Shown: positions 1 to 15,000, numbered from the stretch's first letter. The stretch is 64,000 nt of DNA from Tubulanus polymorphus (GCF_964204645.1 NC_134036.1:496001-560000), one strand, 5' to 3'. The notes: generated by a model from the sequence alone, not told the origin. Made by a program: numbers and translations.

Positions 1-3000
1 TCTTCTCCGATCAGAACGTCGACGCCAGGGATCCGGTCCAATTGAATTTACTCTACGTTCAGGTAACTATTCACATAACGCTTTAAAATCTAGAATCTGA
101 CTTACTGTCATTTGGATATGACTTTGACTATAGTTGGACAAGTTTTGTCCTTAAGAGATCTGACTTGAGCTGAGTCTACTGTATCATCCAACTCAGATAT
201 CGCTCTCAAGTCAAAAGATCAGACTTGAGCTGAGTCTACTGTACCATCCAACTCAGATATCGCTCTCAAGTCAAAAGATCCGACTTGAGCGGAGTCTACT
301 GTACCATCCAACTCAGATATCGCTCTCAAGTCAAAAGATCCGACTTGAGCGGAGTCTACTGTACCATCCAACTCAGATATCGCTCTCAAGTCAAAAGATC
401 AGACTTGAGCGGAGTCTACTGTACCATCCAACTCAGATATCACTCTCAAGTCAAAAGATCTGACTTGAACAGAGTCTCCTGTACCATCCAACTCAGATAT
501 CACTCTCAAGTCAAAAGATCAGACTTGAGCGGAGTCTACTGTACCATCCAACTCAGATATCACTCTCAAGTCAAAAGATCTGACTTGAACAGAGTCTACT
601 GTACCATCCAACTCAGATATCACTCTCAAGTCAAAAGATCAGACTTGAGCGGAGTCTACTGTACCATCCAACTCAGATATCACTCTCAAGTCAAAAGATC
701 TGACTTGAACAGAGTCTACTGTACCATCCAACTCAGATATCACTGTCAAGTCAAAAGATCAGACTTGAGCTGAGTCTACTGTATCATCCAACTCGGATAT
801 CACTCTTAAGTCAAAAGATCTGACTTGAGCGGAGTCTACTTATCATCCAACTCAGATATCACTCTCAAGTCAAAAGATCAGACTTGAGCGGAGTCTACTG
901 CACCATCCAACTCAGATATCACTCTCAAGTCAAAAGATCAGACTTGAGCGGAGTCTACTGTATCATCCAACTCAGATATCACTTTCAAGTCAAAAGATCT
1001 GACTTGAGCAGAGTCTACTGTATCATCCAACTCAGATATCACTCTCAAGTCAAAAGATCAGACTTGAGCTGAGTCTACTGTATCATCCAACTCGGATATC
1101 ACTCTTAAGTCAAAAGATCTGACTTGAGCGGAGTCTACTTATCATCCAACTCAGATATCACTCTCAAGTCAAAAGATCAGACTTGAGCGGAGTCTACTGC
1201 ACCATCCAACTCAGATATCACTCTCAAGTCAAAAGATCTGACTTAAGCGGAGTCTACTGTACCATCCAACTCAGATATCACTCTCAAGTCAAAAGATCTG
1301 ACTTGAGCGGAGTCTACTGTACCATCCAACTCAGATATCACTCTCAAGTCAAAAGATCTGACTTGAGCGGAGTCTACTGTACCATCCAACTCAGATATCA
1401 CTCTCAAGTCAAAAGATCTGACTTGAGTGGAGTCTACTGTATCATCCAACTCAGATATCACTGTCAAGTCAAAAGATCCGACTTGAGCGGAGTTTACTGT
1501 AACATAATGGATCTGTTTTCTTGTTACAGTCTCGAGACGCCATATTGAATGGAACTCATCCAGTCACTCAAGACGAAGCCGTTAAATTCGCCGGTATTCA
1601 ATGTCAAGTTCAATTCGGGGACCACGTAGAACACAAGCACAAACCTGGATTCCTTGAGTAAGAAGCTTCATTAGAATTTACGAATGAATGTCCATACGTC
1701 GGGAAGATTTTAATTTTTGTGGTTTATTTATTTCCGCGCAGTTTGAAAGAATTTCTGCCGAAAGAATACGTGAAAATAAAAGGCGTCGAAAAAAAGATCT
1801 ACGCGGAACACAAACGATACTGTACGCTGACCGACAATGAGGCTAAAGCTAAATTCACGCAGTTTTGTCGCTCGTTGAAAACATACGGAATCACGTTCTT
1901 TCTCGTGAAGGTAAGAGATGTATCAATTTGAGATATCAATTTGAGATATCAATTTGAGTTATCAATGATTTGAGATATCAATGATTCATGTAATTGATGA
2001 TTTTTCCCTTTTCATTTGTAACAACAGGAAAAAATGAAAGGTAAAAATAAACTGGTTCCTCGATTGTTGGGTATCACTAAGGACAGCGTCGTTAGGGTCG
2101 ACGAGAAAACGAAAGAGATTTTAAAAGTTTGGCCGCTGACGACCGTGCGTCGCTGGGCCGCGTCGCCGAACAGTTTCACGCTGGATTTCGGAGATTACGC
2201 AGATTCCTATTACTCGGTACAAACTACGGAAGGCGAACCGATATCTCAACTTATAGCTGGATATATCGATATCATTCTCAAAAAGGTATTTCACCTTTCA
2301 TGTTTGAGATTTCAGAAAATATTTTTCATTTCGCGAAATAGAATTTGTGAAATAATTGTTTTTTCGTTTAGAAAAAAGCTAAGAATTATTTTGGAATTGA
2401 GGGAGATGAGGAGTCCACGATGTTGGAGGACAGCGTCTCGCCGGCAAAGTACGTACTCAATAAAAACCGCTTTAATTGACGTTGAATTTATAGTTACTGA
2501 TCATATCGTTTGATTTATTCGTTACTAGGGCGACGATTATTCAGCACCAGTCGTCTAAGATCGGGCAAGCGACGTCCGGATCGGTGGCGATACCGGCGGT
2601 GCTCCGCGCCGGGGAACCCGGGGGCGGCGGATACAGTACCGGTACGATGCAACAAGCGCAGTTCGTAACTACTAGTAACCAAGCACACAGCGTGCACGCT
2701 GCTCCCTCGGTGAGTGACAACTTAAACCTCATTCATCGTTGTCTTATTATTTATGGTGAAGTTTTTTTCGAAGAAAAAAAATTTTTTCTATTGTTACTGT
2801 TTATTTAAACTCATGTCGTCATGGTAATATATTTATACATATATATTGTTATTCTGTTGTTTCCGATTCAAAACAGATTTTACGAGTAAGTTTCCCCTGA
2901 AAATTTCACACTGCGATTGAAAATGTTTTCGTCATATACCGTGGTGTTGAGGGGTTCTCTCCCCTACCCCCAGCGCATCCGGTTTATATGACTCTCAATA

Positions 3001-6000
3001 GTTCGGTGGTGGTTCAGTCAATTTCTTGTTTCTGTTTCTGGTGTGATTTTCTCTGTTTCATGAATTTCACTTTTTTTGTCGAATTTTATGTTGAAACATT
3101 TTACAGAGAAAATCATGTTCGCAAAAAGTTCGCAAAATGTTAATTGCTAATTCTTTGTTCTCGTTTCTGCCTCGGATCCTGATTCCTGGATTCTCGGATT
3201 CTCAGTCGCTTTGTGGTCTATCAATCTTCATTTCCAGCTGAATTCCCGCGAAAATTATAATCAACGAAATCCCCTAAAAAAATTAATTCTAATAAATATT
3301 ACTTTCTAATTATGATAATTTCACCACCATTGTTTATAAATTCATTAATTCTTTCCGACCCTTTTCTGTTCTGCCCTGAAATATCGTAAAACTGGTAATT
3401 CCTGGAAAAAAAAGTGAAATAATGTACTATTTTTTTAATTGTGGAGGGTTAAGATGTTATTTTAGAACGCAATATTTGGTTTATGATGGGGGTAGCTTTA
3501 GTAGATTGCTTTGAATGTATTAAGGTCATTGTCACTCATTGTCAGTTTAGTCAGTTAGAAATTCAAATAGTTGAAAATTTGAAAATTCAGATTGATAAGT
3601 TTGTCGCTTGCAATTTTTTTCCAGGGTCAAAGTTCTCAGATTCACGGTCTCGGTAAAGCCCAGAGGGCGCTGTTAGGCACGATCGAGGATAGTATCGGAG
3701 CGATGGAAGGTGCGAGAAACGACCTTGACTCTAAAGCCGACCTTCCTCCTCTCGGTTCAGACGCTGTAAGTTATTTCACCCGATTTCTCCACGCGAGTCT
3801 CGGACTGATTATTCCGTGATAAACAATTCTCTTTGTTGTCGTTATTGTTGCTAGGCTTCTAAGAAATGGCGCGAGAACACGCTGGACGTATCCCGTCAGA
3901 AGGTCGACGCCCACCTGTCGTCTATGAATGCTGCGACTGCCCAGTTGGTGACCTTGACTGCCGGAGGTCCGGATGAGACTGACTTCACAGCAGTCGGATC
4001 AGCCGTCAAAACTATGTAAGTTTCAGCTCATTAGAATATCCAAAATTTATAATATATCAATAGTTTCATGTCACGATATAAAAATCTCAAATTCATGATA
4101 ACTTGTTTGTGATATAACTGATAAACGAAAGTGTTCTCACTGATTCTACAATCGATGATATTTCAAAGTTTATTTATCTAACAGTTTTGAGATTTCTTCA
4201 GGCTTTCGCTATTTTCAGATCAACTGACATAACAGATTACTGTTTCTTTTATACTGCATTTAGATAATTCTCAAAAACTGTTGGATAAATAAACACTGAA
4301 ATCTCATAATTGCGATATCATTCTGTGATATTTCGATATTTTGCTTTATTTAACGACGAGTTTATTATTTCTGGCAGCTCTTCGAACATGACCGAACTGT
4401 CGTCCGACGTAAGAATGCTCGCCGCGCTTCAAGAAGACGAGAAATCCGGAAATAGTTTACTGGACGCGACGCGAATCCTGTGCAGCGCGTTCTCCGACTT
4501 GTTGAAAGCGGCGCAACCCGACGGTAAAGAACCGCGACAGAATCTGTTAAACGCCGCCAGTAAAATCGGTGAGGCGAGTAACGATTTGATGAGGAACGTT
4601 CACGAGGATGAGGTCAACTATCAAGGAGAGGTCGATAAAGCGTATCAGGTATATCGGAGTCTTATTTGTTAATGTTCTGCGATATTTCACTCTTTTAGGT
4701 CATAAAATAAACCCAAAACTATGCGATTAAACTTTTTAAACCAGGGGCTACAGTTGCTGAAAAGTTGGTTAAAAGAGTTAACCAGTGGATAGTTGGCATA
4801 GTGACAATTAGAATGTCATTTTCACCATGGTATTAATCCACTGGTTATCTTTAACCAACCTTTGAGCAACTGGCTCCAGTTTTGTACAGATTTGAAGGAG
4901 AACCAAAAGCGTCTTCTGAATTTGAATGAGTGAAATATTAGCTATTTTGTAAAATTCCTCAAGTTGTTACATCAATTAAATGATTATGTGCTAGTTTTAC
5001 AATTCAGTTAAATTATGATCAGTTACTTATGACCGTCTTCTCAATGATTTCGATCATTCAGTAGAAATGCTTGTAATTTCAGGATACTTTGTTAGGTTTG
5101 GCTAAAGCTGTTGCAAACGCTACCGCCGCCCTGGTGTTGAAAGCGAAAGGCGTCGCCAGCAAATGCGAAGATCAAACTACGCAGAATAAAGTGATCAGTA
5201 ACGCCACCCAGTGCGCGTTAGCGACATCGCAACTTGTCGCGTGTACGAAAGTGGTCGCTCCGACCGTACACAGTCCCGGTTGTCAGGAGCAACTGGTAGA
5301 AGCGGCGAAGCACGTAGCTAAATCGGTAGAAGGAATCGTAAACATGGCTCAGGCCTCGTGTCAGGACGAGAAACTATTATCAGAACTAGGAGCAGCAGCG
5401 ACTGCTGTAACACGAGCGTTAAACGACCTACTTCAACATATCAAACAAGGGAATGGAAAAGTAAGATTTTTTAAACGCAATTCCACGGTTCTCAATTTGA
5501 CTTCAGGGGCCACTTGCAGAGTCGTGACTTAAGTCCAAAAGTGATCTTAAATCTTAAGACTGGTCTTAAGTTGTTAGATTGGCTATAGAACTAAGCTGGT
5601 CTTAGACCAGTCTTAAGTCTAAGCCATGACTATGCAACCGGCCCATAGGGCCAATTCAACAGTCACGGCTTAGATTCCAATTTAGTTCTATAGTCAATCT
5701 AACAAGACCATCCTTTAGATATTTCTGACCAAATATCGATATATCAATCCAAATATTGATATTTCCTTCAGTTGATATTTATTTTCGCTTCGTTTACTCT
5801 CAGGGATTCCAACAGGAAACGACGATCGACACTGTCGTCACGGCGACGGATAAATTGTTCAGTTCTATGGGCGATTCTCCGGAGATGGTTAAACAAGCTC
5901 GCGTTCTTGCACAGGCGACTTCTCAACTCGTGAACGCGATCAGAGTCCAAGCGGAAGATCACCCAGACGACGATATGCAAAAACGTCTGCTCGAAGCGGC

Positions 6001-9000
6001 AAAGATTTTAGCAGACGCGACGGCTCGCATGGTCGCCGCTGCCAAGGTCAGTGGAGGTCGAATAATTATTTAAACTGAGGAAGCACCCTGTTGGTTTAGA
6101 TGATTATCATTAAACTGTTGGTTTGAATTTGGCATTCATACCTATAACTTAATCATAAGGACAAAAATTGTTAATGTTATATTCTAGTATTTCAAATTTG
6201 ATGAATTCTTTACCGGTCAGTATTGTTGCGTTGTAGTCGTGTGCTAGTAACCCTAACGACAACGAACAGCAGACGGTTTTACGCGAGGCAGCTGAAGAAC
6301 TTCGATCAGCTACTAACACAGCTGCTGCGAACGCGCTGAAAAAACGACTGATGACCAATTTACAGTTCGCTGCGAAACAAGTGATCTCTTCGACGACTCA
6401 AATGTCGACTGCTGCGCAATCATCGGAAAGCGCGAACTCGAATCAAGCAGCCGGGCATCATCTTACGGCTCAATGTAGGGTATGTATCATATCGTCTCCT
6501 AACCACAGACGGATGGTAGCGCTATAGTTTGGACCAAATATTCCCATGTAGAAAAACCCACAAGAAGAGTAAACTCATCGATTCTAACAATCGGCCAATC
6601 ATAGAATGTATATATGAATTTTCTGTGATATTCTGTGACCATATCTCTCCAATATTCAATGTACTATTCCCCTGTTGTAGTGAATGCATTCTAATGAAAT
6701 ATGCATCTATTAATGTTTGAGGATAATTGAATTATTCTATGCTAATATTTCTAGAAACCAACTGATCCACAGTATTGTGATCAGTGTTGAAATAAGTTCA
6801 TTTTCAATGAGTCAATTCTTAACTCAAAACTTCGGAACTGAGTCTAGTTGAATAACCATCGTCAGAAATGACTCTCACCTTCCCTGCATCATCATAAACG
6901 TCTCTACTTAAGAGAATAGATTCTATTTCTGGTGTTTCCTTCGTTTAGCTCGTCACTGATCAACTGCCCGAACTGATACACGCCATTAAAGCCACTCTGA
7001 ACGATCCCGACAGTATGACATCACAATCACACCTGATCAACACGGCCGAAGAGGTTTTACAACCGGCCGGTAAAATGATCGCAGCGGCGAAGGCAGCAAT
7101 TCCAACAATAACAGACCAGGCATCGGCGATGAGTCTCGCAAACTCGTGTAATAATACAGCATCGGCTTTGGCTGAGCTGAGAACGGCAGTTAGCAAGGTA
7201 CAGTTTAATTTTACTCGGGGGCAGAATTTCAATTATTGTGATGAATATTTCACCAGTTTATCACACCCTAGTTTTAACTACGACATCTGCAATCAGTTGT
7301 ACAGTTTTAGGCTTAGACTTAAGACCCTCACTTCCATCAGTGCCTACAACACCAGGAATCAGTTGTATATAGTCTTAGGCTTAGACTTAAGACCCATCCT
7401 AGAGAACTTCAGACTAGTTTAAAGATTCAAGATCACTTTTGGATTTAAGTTAGGACTTTGTTACTGGGTTTTGGAAGCAGTTTTATGGTTGATAGTTAAA
7501 CTCATTGTAGAGTGCATTAGATTAATTCTCATTTCCAAGCTCAACTGTGCAATCAGGTTCAGATCTACCGTGTGCAATCAGGTTCAGATCTACCGTGTGC
7601 AATCAGGTTCAGATCTACTGCGTCTACTTGATCATTCCTTTTGACGCGGTTTAATTCTTCAGTTTTCTCTATTTTCAGGCTCAGGAAGCTTACGGCGCTT
7701 CGTTAGAATTGGACGCGGCTTCGAGTCAAATTCACGATTTAGAACGAGAGCTCGAGGAAATATTACAAAATATCAAGAAAAATCAACTTGTTGCGTTACC
7801 GGGCGAAACGGTAAGTTAAAAATTCAAATATTTGTTGCTCTTTTGTATTCTATGTATCGGTATTTGAATTTTCTATAATTCCCATCATCCTGAATGGCTT
7901 CGCAGAAAACCCGTTATCGCTGCTTTGCTGCTATATTTGTAAGACTCTATTTCAGGCGGAATCTTGTGCTTTGCAAGTGGGTGGAATTTCTAAAACAGTC
8001 GGGTCGTCAATGGCCCAGCTACTGACCGCCGCAACCCAGGGTAACGAGAATTACACGGGTATCGCAGCCCGCGACACGGCCCACGCTCTACGCACTCTGA
8101 CGTCTGCCGTACGCGGAGTCGCCGCTAATTCCAGCGATAAAAACCTCCAACACTCGATCGTCGTGGCAGCGCGCGAAGTGATGGGGAAATCCGTGCAACT
8201 TCTCAACGAATCGAAATCGGCCGTTAACAGTCCGAATAATCCGGAGAATAATCAGCGACTCGCGCAGGTAAACTATCAACACCAGGTGGCGCTGCATGTC
8301 TCAACTGTTGTCAATAGAATCTCTAAAACAACACCAGGGGGCGCTGCATCTCTCAACTGTTGTCAATAGAATCTCTAAAACAACACCAGGGGGCGCTGCA
8401 TCTCTCAACTGTTGTCAATAGAATCTCTAAAACAACACCAGGGGCGCTGCATCTCTCAACTGTCGTCAAGTGAATCTCTAAAAATGTTTTGTTTCTCATT
8501 ATGAACAATAGGTGGCGAAGACAGTATCGAATGCGTTGAATAACTGTGTGAATTGTTTACCGGGTCAACACGAGGTCGAGGTGGCCATTAAACAGGTGTC
8601 AACAGCGAGTCAGAAGATCACAATGGGAGAGGTATGTACTAGAGACCCGAGGCTGGTGGTGCCCATCCTTGTCTTAACCAATCCCTTAAATCATATACCC
8701 CAGCACTGGGTTTCATAGTTATGAAACCTAAATAATCCCTGGGAATATTTTGAAATTTGTCAGTTATAACCATGGTTTCTCATTGTTACTATGGTGGTTG
8801 TCACCCAGATTGAGGATTTACCCCTAGGGATAACTTTGATACTCAGTCTATGAAACCGGGCCCAGTTGTTTTATGGTGAAAATTTTTGTTCCTTCAAATA
8901 GGACCTGTATTCGTACACTCCAATCAGTTTTATAGGTGATATATTTTGTCACTTATTTCTCTGCTGCCTATTTTGATTTTTCTCTAATATTGCGTTGTTT

Positions 9001-12000
9001 TTATTCGCGCAGTATCCAAAAACTGTTAAATCGTTCACCGAGGTTCAAATGGAGTTGAATAATTCGGCGGTTAATTTGAATCAAGCCGCGTGCGAGATCG
9101 TCACTCATTCCCGCGGTACGCCGCAACAATTAGCGTCGTCGGCGACGCGATTCGGAGGTGCGTACGGTGATTTCGTTACGAGCGGTATGACAATGGCTGG
9201 CGTTACTAAGGACAACGAAGTACAAGCTCAGGTCAGTCGGCAGATTTTAAATTTAACGGTCAAAATAATTCGTTAGATGATTTTGAAAATCTGAATATCT
9301 TATTCTGATTTCGTTTATAGATCGTCACGAACTTGCGAAATACTTCGACTGTTTCTAGTAAACTGTTGTTAGCTGCTAAGGGACTCTCAGCCGACCCGAA
9401 CGCACCTAATGCTAAGAATTTACTAGCTCAGGCTGCCAGGTAATATATCGATTACATATCTTAATCCGGTTCCTCGTTTGTGGTCTGTCCTAAGCTTTAT
9501 CACATATCTTCTGGTCCGGTTTAACAGTTCCTTGGCTAGGTCTAACTCCCAGGTTGAGTCTCTCAGAGTTGAAGTTTCAGATTTTGGAACTACAGCGGAA
9601 GTTTGTCAAACTACTTTTACTGTATATCTTGATCACCCTACTCTATCCCAGGTCTATCTTATTTTCAGTTATCTTCAAGCATTATTTCCGATTATTGACA
9701 TTTTGTTATGTTTATTTCAGAGCTGTGACTGAAAGTATAAACAATCTGATAAATATCTGTACGACGTCTGCCCCGGGACAGAAGGAATGCGACAACGCTC
9801 TCAGACAAATTCAAACCATGAGAAATCTGCTGGAAAACGCAAACGAACCGGTCAGCGATAATTCTTATTTCGATTGTCTCGATGGAGTGATGGAGTGGTC
9901 CAAGGTAAGTAACAAGATGAAAGAGAGGGAGATGTAGAATTAGAGGGAGAGAGAGAGAGGAGGACAGGGAGAGAGGGGAGAGAGAGGGGAGGGAGAGGGA
10001 GAGAGTGGGAGAGAGATAGATGTAGAGGGAGAGATAGATGTAGAGGGAGAGAGAGAGAGAAGGGGACAGGGAGAGGGGAGGTAGAGGGAGAGAGAGGGAG
10101 AGGAAGAGGAGAGAGAGAGGTGACAGAAAAGTTAGAGGAAGTTGGAAGGAGTAAGGAATATATGAAGTGGCCCAAGTTAAGAATCAACAGGAGTGAAAGA
10201 GGAGAGAACAGATGAGAAAAGGGGAGACGTCAGGGACTGAGGGAGGAAGAGAGAGAAATAATGTTATTAGTTTTCACTGAATCTCAGTGATTTGAAGTTG
10301 AAACATTTATCATTGTGGTATTTATTGCAGTCTCTCGGTGAAGCTATGACTGGAATTTCAAATCACGCCAAAAAAGGAGAATTGGACCAATTTTGCGATT
10401 CGGTTAAAAAGTTTGCGTCAGCCGTCGGTGGTTTAACGGAGAACTCGGCGCAGGCGGCGTATCTCGTCGGAATATCGGACCCAGCATCGGAACCGGGTCG
10501 TGCCGGGCTCGTCGACCAATCACAGTTCGCCCGTGCGAATCAAGCCATTCAGATCGCGTGTCAGAGTTTAACAAATCCAGCCAGCTCGCAACAGGAGGTA
10601 CGTTTCATCGCTATAGTAACTAGATTTGATAGGTCAATTGCTCTAAGGCCGATATCTGAACGCCATGACACTTCATAGAGTTGAAATATTCAACTCGATT
10701 TTAAATCTTTGGTCAAACTTTATCGACTACCACTGTGGACATGGGTTCATGATTGAGCAAGCTTTGAGCAACTGACCTGTGAACTATTTCAAATGAAATC
10801 AGGTAGTTAACATTGAAAATACCACCACTACCCAACTTAGAACTATTTCAACTATTCTGCTGAAAATAACTAATGATAATTTCTATGAATCAGTAACAAA
10901 AATCATAAGAATGCATCATACGCTGACTAACTATATACTGCTGTTTGGATGTCTGTGGATGTTTGTTTGTGTTGGCTGTTTGAATGAATTATCGAATATT
11001 CTAAAAGTCTGCTTTGAAATCTAGATTCTCCGCGAATATAATTAACATATTTAATTAGTCGTCTGCTGCATGTGATAAACATAATGCGTAAAATAGAAGC
11101 AAAACACATCATCGCGTAGAGAAAAAAATGTATGATTGTATGGTTCTGATGTATCAGGCAGATTTAATGTGTTGAATGTTGAGCATGAACTGGAACCAGT
11201 AGTTCAGTTCTTGGTCTGAATTTTACATTTTCTTACAAAAATGAAGAGAGAGAACGATGAAAAAGAACTTATTTCAATTGTGGGTCGAGAACTGTAGTAC
11301 TCTGTTCACAAAACTAGTAGAACTGGGTCCAGAACTGTTGAACCGAGCCCAGAACCATGGCGCTGCACCCAGACCTGCAACTGAGCCCAGAACTGTTAAA
11401 CTGAGCCCAGAACCATGGCGCTGCACCCAGAACTGCAACTGAGCCCAGAACTGTGGAACTTAGCCCAGAACTGTTGCTCTGAGCCCAGACCTGCAACTGA
11501 GCCCAGAACTGTTAAACTGAGCCCAGAACCATGGCGCTGCACCCAGAACTGCAACTGAGCCCAGAACTGTGGAACTTAGCCCAGAACTGTTAAACTGAGC
11601 CCAGAACCATGGCGCTGCACCCAGAACTGCTACTGAGCCCAGAACTGTGGAACTAAACCCAGACCTGGGGCAGTCAGTTCATACTCTAAAGACACATAGA
11701 AGTATTTTGCCTGAAATATTAGAACTATATAATTATGTTGTTGGATTTTGCACATGCAGCAGTCGCAGCGGCTGCAGCAGCAGCAGCAGCTGCAGTAGAC
11801 TATAATATTGGTCTCTCTCTCATAACATAGATGTTGTAGTTGTTTGAAATATTTGTGTATATATATATATATAATATTCTCTGCACGTTGTTTTCTATTC
11901 TATCTACGTTGTTTATCAAGGATTTTCGCGCCATGGTAACGTACAACAATAATGTTTGTTTATAACGACGCTTCTTATTGTTGAATAATCGTTTTTTATT

Positions 12001-15000
12001 CTATTCGTATTCAAAACCTACCGAAAAAAAAACTATTCTTTCAAAATCATAGCACTTTCACTTAAGTAAGCCACGTGTTTCCTGTCCCATATCCAGTCCT
12101 TAGGATGGAATAACTTTCCTTAGAATTATGATATTAATTTATTAGTTTATTTAGACCAGAAAATATCAATTTGTGGAATATCACCTTAAACATGAAAAAT
12201 ATGTTAAAATCTATCTGAAATCGGGAGTAAACTCTGAACGTGTTATTCGAATATATTCATTCCCTGCATGGCATTTTGAATTTACATCTCTGTTGCATCA
12301 TTGTCATCATTGTTGTATTCGGTTGCTAAGTTATTGTCGTTTTGTGGTTTTGTAAAATTTAGTGGTTCATCTCTGCCCCATACCCCTGACCCATCCTGAA
12401 GCCCCTCCCCCTACTGATCCTGAAAATGGCTCCATCTCCAAAACAAATCCTAAGTTTATATTTTATATCTCTTTTTGTTGGTTATAGTTTAATTCAAGTA
12501 GAGTAGCATGGGTTAATAGCATTATCCTCTACCACCTCACTAGCGCCCCACTCCTCACCCCTCCTGCCTCACTCCACTAGAGGACTGGTCTCTACCATCA
12601 TACCTTATCAAACATCTTTTCGTCATTTTCATTGTTGGTAAATGGTTTGAATTTTGAATTTCGAAACTGAAAACGTCTTAAAAATGAATTCTGAACGACC
12701 GCTCGAAACACGTCCGTTTAAAATCTGATTGTTTTATTGCAGGTGTTGTCCGCGGCAACAGTCGTCGCTAAGCACACGTCTGCATTGTGTAATACGTGCA
12801 GAATGGCGTCTGCTAAGACGAGTAACCCGGTCGGCAAACGTCACTTCGTCCAATCAGCTAAAGATGTCGCCAACAATACCGCTAACCTAGTCCGGGCTAT
12901 AAAGGTAAATTGGGAGGAATTGAATTCTCGGAGCCAAGTTTTGACTGCTTTCTTGATATCTAAAATATTTTCATTCATTTCTATATCATGATTGAATGAA
13001 TGTTTGATATTTGTTTTCAGGATCTGGACAGTAACTTCAGTGACGAGAACAGGCAGAAATGCGCTAACGCAGCTAAACCTCTCATACAAGCCGTAGAAGA
13101 ACTGACAACGTTCGCGTCGTCCCCAGAATTTGCCAGCATTCCTGCTAGAATCAGTCCAGAAGTAAGTTTTCATCTTGTAGAGAGCTATCAAACTGTTTTC
13201 AGGTTCTGCTCAAATTTTTGGTTAAATTGCTATTTGTTTCTTCAGGTATTCAGTGAAGGCAATTATTCAAACTTGACCATTTTAAGCTTTAAGATAAAAC
13301 TGGGCCTGGGAGCAAGTTGGACAGAAATATCTAATTTCCTTAAAAAATTTTTAAGATCAACTGAATTGATGAAGAAATTAGAGTATAAATATTTGGTAAA
13401 ATTAGCCCTGATTATCAGATCGTCAAAATACATGTCTGTTTTATTGATTTCAGGCTCGACGAGCTCAAGAACCGATATTGACGTCTGGTAAAACGATGCT
13501 AGATGGCGCTTGCAACATGATTCAAGCGGCCAAACAACTGGCCGCTAATCCGAAAGACCCGCCCACATATCAACTCTACTCCAATCACAGCAAGAGTGTA
13601 TCCAGCGCTATTAAGAGTCTAGTCACGTCAATCAGGTAGGTAGCTCCGCCCATATTTATACGCTACGCGCTTCGCTTACTGGTTGCTACGGTATTCGATA
13701 TCGAACGTTCGATTGTTGCAGAGATCGCGCTCCGGGACAGAAAGAATGCGAAGAAGCCATCGATAAAATTAACGGTTGTATTCGAACGTTAGATCAAGCG
13801 TCGCTGGCCGCGATCAGTCAGAATCTTCCTCCTCGTAACGAGAATACACTTCAGGTAAATACACACACAATCTGGCGAGAGTCCTTTCAATTCTGTGGTC
13901 TGGAGAGCATAAAGAATACTTTCAAGATCTTCCACTGTCAGTTTATTCTGTCGTATCAAAGTTTTGTTACCCTAGTTCGACTTTTATTTACCAGGGCTCG
14001 GTTTCATAGACGTGGAAGAAAGATAGTCCCTGGGAACATTTTGAAATTTGTCAGTTATAACCATGGTTTCTCATTGTTACTATGGTGGTTATCACCCAAA
14101 TTGAGGATTTACCCCTAGGGATAACTTTGATACTCAGTCTATGAAACCGGGCCCAGAAGTTTCTAATCAACACCACACAGGAAAAAATTGAATTAAAACA
14201 TCTTCTAAAAATGAAGATTTTCTGCTATCCTGTCATTATAGTAACGTTTCAATTCTTAAAGTCCCAACAAAAACCCAGTACCCTTAGGATACCAGAATCC
14301 AGTACCCTTAGGATACTGTCTAAATCTAGCCCTGAATCTTGAGAGAAAAAATCTTTTCCTGGAATTAAAAATTTTGGAACCGTTGTCGTTTGCGCAGGGT
14401 TTCCAAGAGCAGATGATAAACGCGGCCCGCGAGATCATGGAGAATATCACACCGATTCAAGAAGCTGCGAAAGGCGAAAAAGGTGAAGCCGAAAAACTGG
14501 GCCACCTGGTGAGCACGATCGGAAACTATTTCGAACCGTTGTCGACGAACGCTGTCGGCACGGCGTCGAAAACAATGAACTCGAAAAATCAGATGGCAAT
14601 TCTCGACCAATCAAAAACGGTGATCGAGGCTTCGTTGCAGTTCATGTATGCGGCTAAAGAGGGTGCTGGAAACCAAAAGGTACAAAAATATTTTAAAATG
14701 GTTTCTCATTCCTGAAAATGTTCATTTGATTTGTAATAAAGGCAAAAGAACAATTTAGGCCAAACTCTTCTAACTTGGTGATACTGAGCACTTGAAAATT
14801 TCTGTGTCACTTTTCTTTTGGCCCGCAAAATACTGATCTGGTTTAGAGACACCAAAAGGGCCAATCTTTTTGAACTTGCTGATGCTGAGGTTTTTAATGT
14901 TTTAAATCAATAGGCTGTTCATACGCACAACACAATAGACGAGGCTGCTGAAAGTTTAACTGAAGTGATGAAAGATCTACTGGAAACATTAGAAGAAGCA

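Noticed and set aside
285-1548. Repetitive ORFs (SGVYCTIQLRYHSQVKRSDL)n, or a CRISPR-like array
   Set aside because: Pure 60-bp tandem repeat inside a talin intron; no unique spacers and no cas genes; frames are broken by 1-bp deletions
9852-10187. Ser/Leu/Pro-rich minus-strand ORF
   Set aside because: Translation of the GA-rich low-complexity tract
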